From NCBI RefSeq assembly GCF_032191835.1, contig NC_083239.1, positions 34,844,001 to 34,908,000 on the forward strand: DNA of 64,000 bases, read 5' to 3'. Positions 60,496 to 64,000 of this stretch are shown here, piece by piece. The stretch comes from Heteronotia binoei (lineage: Eukaryota). Every line of letters begins with the position of its first letter. Position 1 is the first letter of the stretch. Under the pieces are notes generated by a model that was given only the letters and a program-made list of their open reading frames with translations, made no database searches and was not told the DNA's origin. The position numbers were made by a program, and so were the translations under genes.

Positions 60496-61024
60496 TAGGG
60501 TTGCCAATCCCCAGGTGGGGGCAGGGGATCCCCCGTTTGGAGGCCCTCCCCCCGCTTCAGGGTCATCAGAAAGCAGGGGGAGGGGAGGGAAATGTCTGCT
60601 GGGAACTCTATTATTCCCTACGGAGATTTATTCCCATAGAAAATCATGGATAATTGATCCACGGGTATCTGGGGCTCTGGGGGGCATGTGTTTTGAGATA
60701 GATGCACCAAATTTTCAGTACAGCATCTAGTGCCTCTTCCCAAAATATCCCCCAAGTTTCAAAACGATTGGACCAGGGGGTCCAATTCTATGAGCCCCAA
60801 AAGAAGGTGCCCCTATCCTTCATGATTTCCTATGGAAGGAAGGCATTGAAAAGGTGTGCCGTCCCATTGAATGTGATGGCCAGAACTCCCTTTGGAGCTC
60901 AATTATGCTTGTCACAGCCTTGATCTTGGCTCCACCCCTAATGTCTCCTGGCTCCACCCCCAAAGTCTCCTGGCTCCACCCCCAAAGTCCCCAGATATTT
61001 CTTAAATTGAACATGGCAACCCTA
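60496..61024 (-). mobile_element. hAT-type MITE (family B)
   Basis: TAGGGTTGCCA terminal inverted repeats; TSD ctactttg/ctacttct. Confidence 0.85.
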
Positions 61025-61910
61025 CTACTTCTCCAACTCCCACGTGCTGGCCCTGAGCACAGGGTGTTCCTTTATTAACCACCATTCTAAACTGGGGGAT
61101 TCCAGGATAAATTTACCAAAAACAGAATCCCCCAATAGGAGAAGATCATAACTTGCTGAATACTGAATGTGTTAATTAAGCATTGTAATGGGCCAAGCCT
61201 CCTGTTTTTGGTGAAGACTAAATTAGGAACAGGGCTACATATACTCCCCTGCCCCTGATTGAATACTTAAAAGGATTTGCATGGAAAATCAGTATAGATT
61301 TTCTCTCTTTCAATCAGTTAGCAGACAAGAGGCGGAGACGTGCAGGGATGAAAATCACTACACTTCCTCCATTGCACAAGTAAACCTCCTTCCCCTTTTT
61401 TGTCGCAGTCCTTTTACAGCTTTCTTGCCGGTATGAAATACCATTGATCAAATCCCAGCCTAATGAAAAAAAGATTATTTGAAATTAGAGAACTTTTCTC
61501 CAAAATCCGCCATTGTATATGTTTTTAAATCCCTGTCCTTGTTTTGAGGAATGCAGGGCAGTGTACATGGCAGAGCGGGAATTTGAACGGTGGTCTCCTA
61601 GATCCTAGGCCTATTTTCTAACCACCATGAGACTCTGGCTCTGGTTACTGTGTTTTCAGTCAGGGGTCATTTCGTGGAAATGCAGTTAGGTTGCACCTGT
61701 ACAACATTCATTGTAGCATGGGTCTGCAAGCCGAATGAAGCTGCTTATTTAAGGAATCGCATATTTGATGCCGACAAAGAAAAACGCGATCCAGATATGT
61801 ATATAAGATTCAAACATTAACATAAACCCCCCCCCCCCCATTTGACATGCAATTTTGAATTCGTAACTCCAAATCCAAAACTGGGGCAAAGGAATTTAGA
61901 CATCGGCAAC

Positions 61911-62093
61911 CAAGGCACTTTTTTGTAGCAGGAACTCCTTTACATATTAGGCCACACACCCCTGATGTAACCAGTCCTCCTAGAGTTTACAGTAGGTCCT
62001 GTACTAAAAGCCCTGTAAGCTCTTGGAGAATTGGCTACATCAGCGGTGCGTGGCCTAATATATAAAGTAGTTCCTGCTACAAAAAAAGCCCTG
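61911..62093. mobile_element. Palindromic MITE (family D) 32 bp past the receptor stop codon
   Basis: TSD tcggcaac/tcagcaac; absent at the paralogous site near 48360. Confidence 0.85.
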
Positions 62094-62125
62094 TCAGCAA
62101 CAATTCACAAAAGTCTGTTCTGGGT

Positions 62126-63232
62126 CTAGTGTTCTGGATGTCGATGGAACTTGGTGCAGTATGCTTCTTGCTCAGCATCCAGCGCGCTGAGCTCCCAGGT
62201 CTTTGCGGTGTGGCCAAAGGAACAGGATTCAGTGGACGTGCCAGTCCCTCCCAGTCCACTTGAAGTAGATAATGCACCAGTTCCTGCTCCTTCATCGTTG
62301 TCTCTGGGTTCCTTGCAGCAAGGCAAAGAGCAGCGTGATAAAATGGGACGGACTCTGCGGTACATGCCAGCCCAGCAAACATTGACGTTTCGTCGGATGG
62401 CGTTGGATGAGAAGAAGAAGATGAAAGGATCCAAGCAGGTGTTGAAGGAGCTGAGAGCAAAGGTATATTCTCTCCAGTTAGGGTCTTCATAACTTATCAC
62501 TCCAAAGACGTGGGAGATGTTAAAAGGGCCAAAGCAAAAAGCGTAATTGAGCAAAGTGACCAGAGCCAAGCCCACGGCCCTTTGTTTCTTGCGGGCCTCG
62601 ACGTTAGGCAGGGAGGCCAGGATTCGGATCACACTGACATAACAGAAAGAGGTGATGATGAAAGGGATGCAAAAGAGGACGAGGCACAATTCAAGCCGGA
62701 AGGGGTAGATGATCTTCTTCTGCTCTTCGTTGAACTCCTTGAAGCACACAACGTGGTTGGAAGGCAGCTGTGAGGGTGGTATTGAATCGTTGCGGAGAGT
62801 CCTCAATACAAAGACCGTGCTGCAGTGGGAACCGACCACCACCCAGATGAAGATGCTGGCTACCACTGCATAGATTGACCGGCGGTTCAGCTTGTACTTG
62901 ATGGGAAATGCCACCCCCAGGTAGCGGTCCACGCTGATGGCCGTGAGGAAAAGAGTGCTGATGTAGATGCTGCTATGGAAGGTGCAGCTGGTGACAGTGC
63001 AGAGGGCCCTGTGGAAAGGCCACTCATTGTCTTGGGCTGCCTCTGTCATCTTGAGGGGAAGAAAGATCAGAAGCATGATGTCCGATAAAGTCAAGTTGAG
63101 CAAGAGAATGTCTATGGGGGTTGGCTTCTTGCAGACTTTCATTAAGAATGTGTAGAGGGACAGGAGGTTGGAAGGGAAGCCGATCAGGAAGGTGATGACG
63201 TAGATAACAAGAATCACTGTGAGATTCGTCAT
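62126..63232 (-). CDS. FFAR2: FFAR2-like receptor, 368 aa, intact, subfamily B (close paralog of 48393-49499)
   Basis: Same length as and colinear with 48393-49499; DRY, FRLELC, NISH, WRE and DPFIFF motifs. Confidence 0.95.
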   Translation of the reverse strand: MTNLTVILVIYVITFLIGFPSNLLSLYTFLMKVCKKPTPIDILLLNLTLSDIMLLIFLPLKMTEAAQDNEWPFHRALCTVTSCTFHSSIYISTLFLTAISVDRYLGVAFPIKYKLNRRSIYAVVASIFIWVVVGSHCSTVFVLRTLRNDSIPPSQLPSNHVVCFKEFNEEQKKIIYPFRLELCLVLFCIPFIITSFCYVSVIRILASLPNVEARKKQRAVGLALVTLLNYAFCFGPFNISHVFGVISYEDPNWREYTFALSSFNTCLDPFIFFFSSNAIRRNVNVCWAGMYRRVRPILSRCSLPCCKEPRDNDEGAGTGALSTSSGLGGTGTSTESCSFGHTAKTWELSALDAEQEAYCTKFHRHPEH

Positions 63233-63567
63233 CCTCTCAGCTTCTGGAAGGGAGGGAAATTATTATTAGACGTGAAACTAAGAGGAGGCATGTTTCTTAA
63301 CTCTCAAGGGGAAACCCAATGGAAGATTACAGTTGCTGGTGGTTCTCACCAACTGATGACTGTCTTGGAGGCAGAAGAGTCTATAAATCCTCAAAGTCTT
63401 TCTACTTTCAGGGAATGCTGTCAACATTGGCTCATTAGACATGAAGACCCAGTGTATTGCAAAGGATTCTGGGTGATGATGTTCTGGGTCACCTTCTTTG
63501 TGAGTCACTGGTCTAGTTGACTGATTCCTTATCATTAACTCATGTGAACAGAACACACAATCTAGAA

Positions 63568-63889
63568 CAGGAGTGGCCAAACTTGATTAATGTAAGAGCT
63601 ACATAGAAAAAAAGTCAGATGTTTGAGAGTTGCAAGACATGAATGTCAGATATTTTGAGAGAAGGGAGGGAAGGAGGAAAGCAAATAGATGGGAGGGAAA
63701 GGTGAAAGGAAAGAAACTTTAACTTTAAATGCATTTTCCAAGCTTCCAGCTGGCTGGGCTTGGCAAAGTGATTTAAAGAGAGAAATGCCTTCTCCAAGCT
63801 GGCCAATAGGGCAGTGGGGACTTCGAGAGCCACGCAATATGTGTGAAAGAGCCACATGTGGTTCCTGAGCCACAGTTTGGCCACCCCTG
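63568..63889 (+). mobile_element. hAT-type MITE (family G)
   Basis: Perfect TSD ATCTAGAA; paralogous site near 49850 is empty. Confidence 0.88.
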
Positions 63890-64000
63890 ATCTAGAATAC
63901 ACCTCTTCTGTGACTGCTTGGGGCAAGGGAAGTTTGGTTATTATATATAGCCAGCCTGGTTTTCAGATTGCCACATGGTATCTTATTTGAGATTCTACTG

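Noticed and set aside
9609-62093. Recurring palindromes as CRISPR-like arrays or a novel repeat system
   Set aside because: They are dispersed, not regularly spaced, and each is bounded by terminal inverted repeats and 8-bp TSDs, as expected for eukaryotic MITEs.

Overview
Vertebrate (squamate, most likely gecko, judged from the repeat families) genomic DNA carrying a tandem cluster of free fatty acid receptor 2 (FFAR2/GPR43)-like class A GPCR genes. Three intronless ORFs are intact (13075-14085, 48393-49499 and 62126-63232, all minus strand). One plus-strand copy is truncated after TM5 (27446-28066) and one minus-strand copy is a frameshifted pseudogene (~38700-39546). All five share a splice acceptor 8-11 nt before the ATG. 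Comparing the paralogs by eye revealed four homologous candidate non-coding 5' exons (donors at 1086, 19436, 20826 and 54665). Two of these lie head-to-head about 1.2 kb apart, and one has no coding exon in the window, implying a further paralog off the left edge. The intact receptors keep the carboxylate-binding Arg/His residues but differ at pocket positions (3.33, 3.37, 4.57, ECL2), suggesting ligand diversification. The rest is dense transposon sequence: CR1, a young L2 with a 696-aa RT ORF, L1, BovB and Penelope fragments, tRNA- and 5S-derived SINEs, possible solo LTRs, and many hAT-type MITEs with 8-bp target-site duplications (TSDs), some nested. There are two assembly gaps. All alignments and residue numbering were done by eye without tools.
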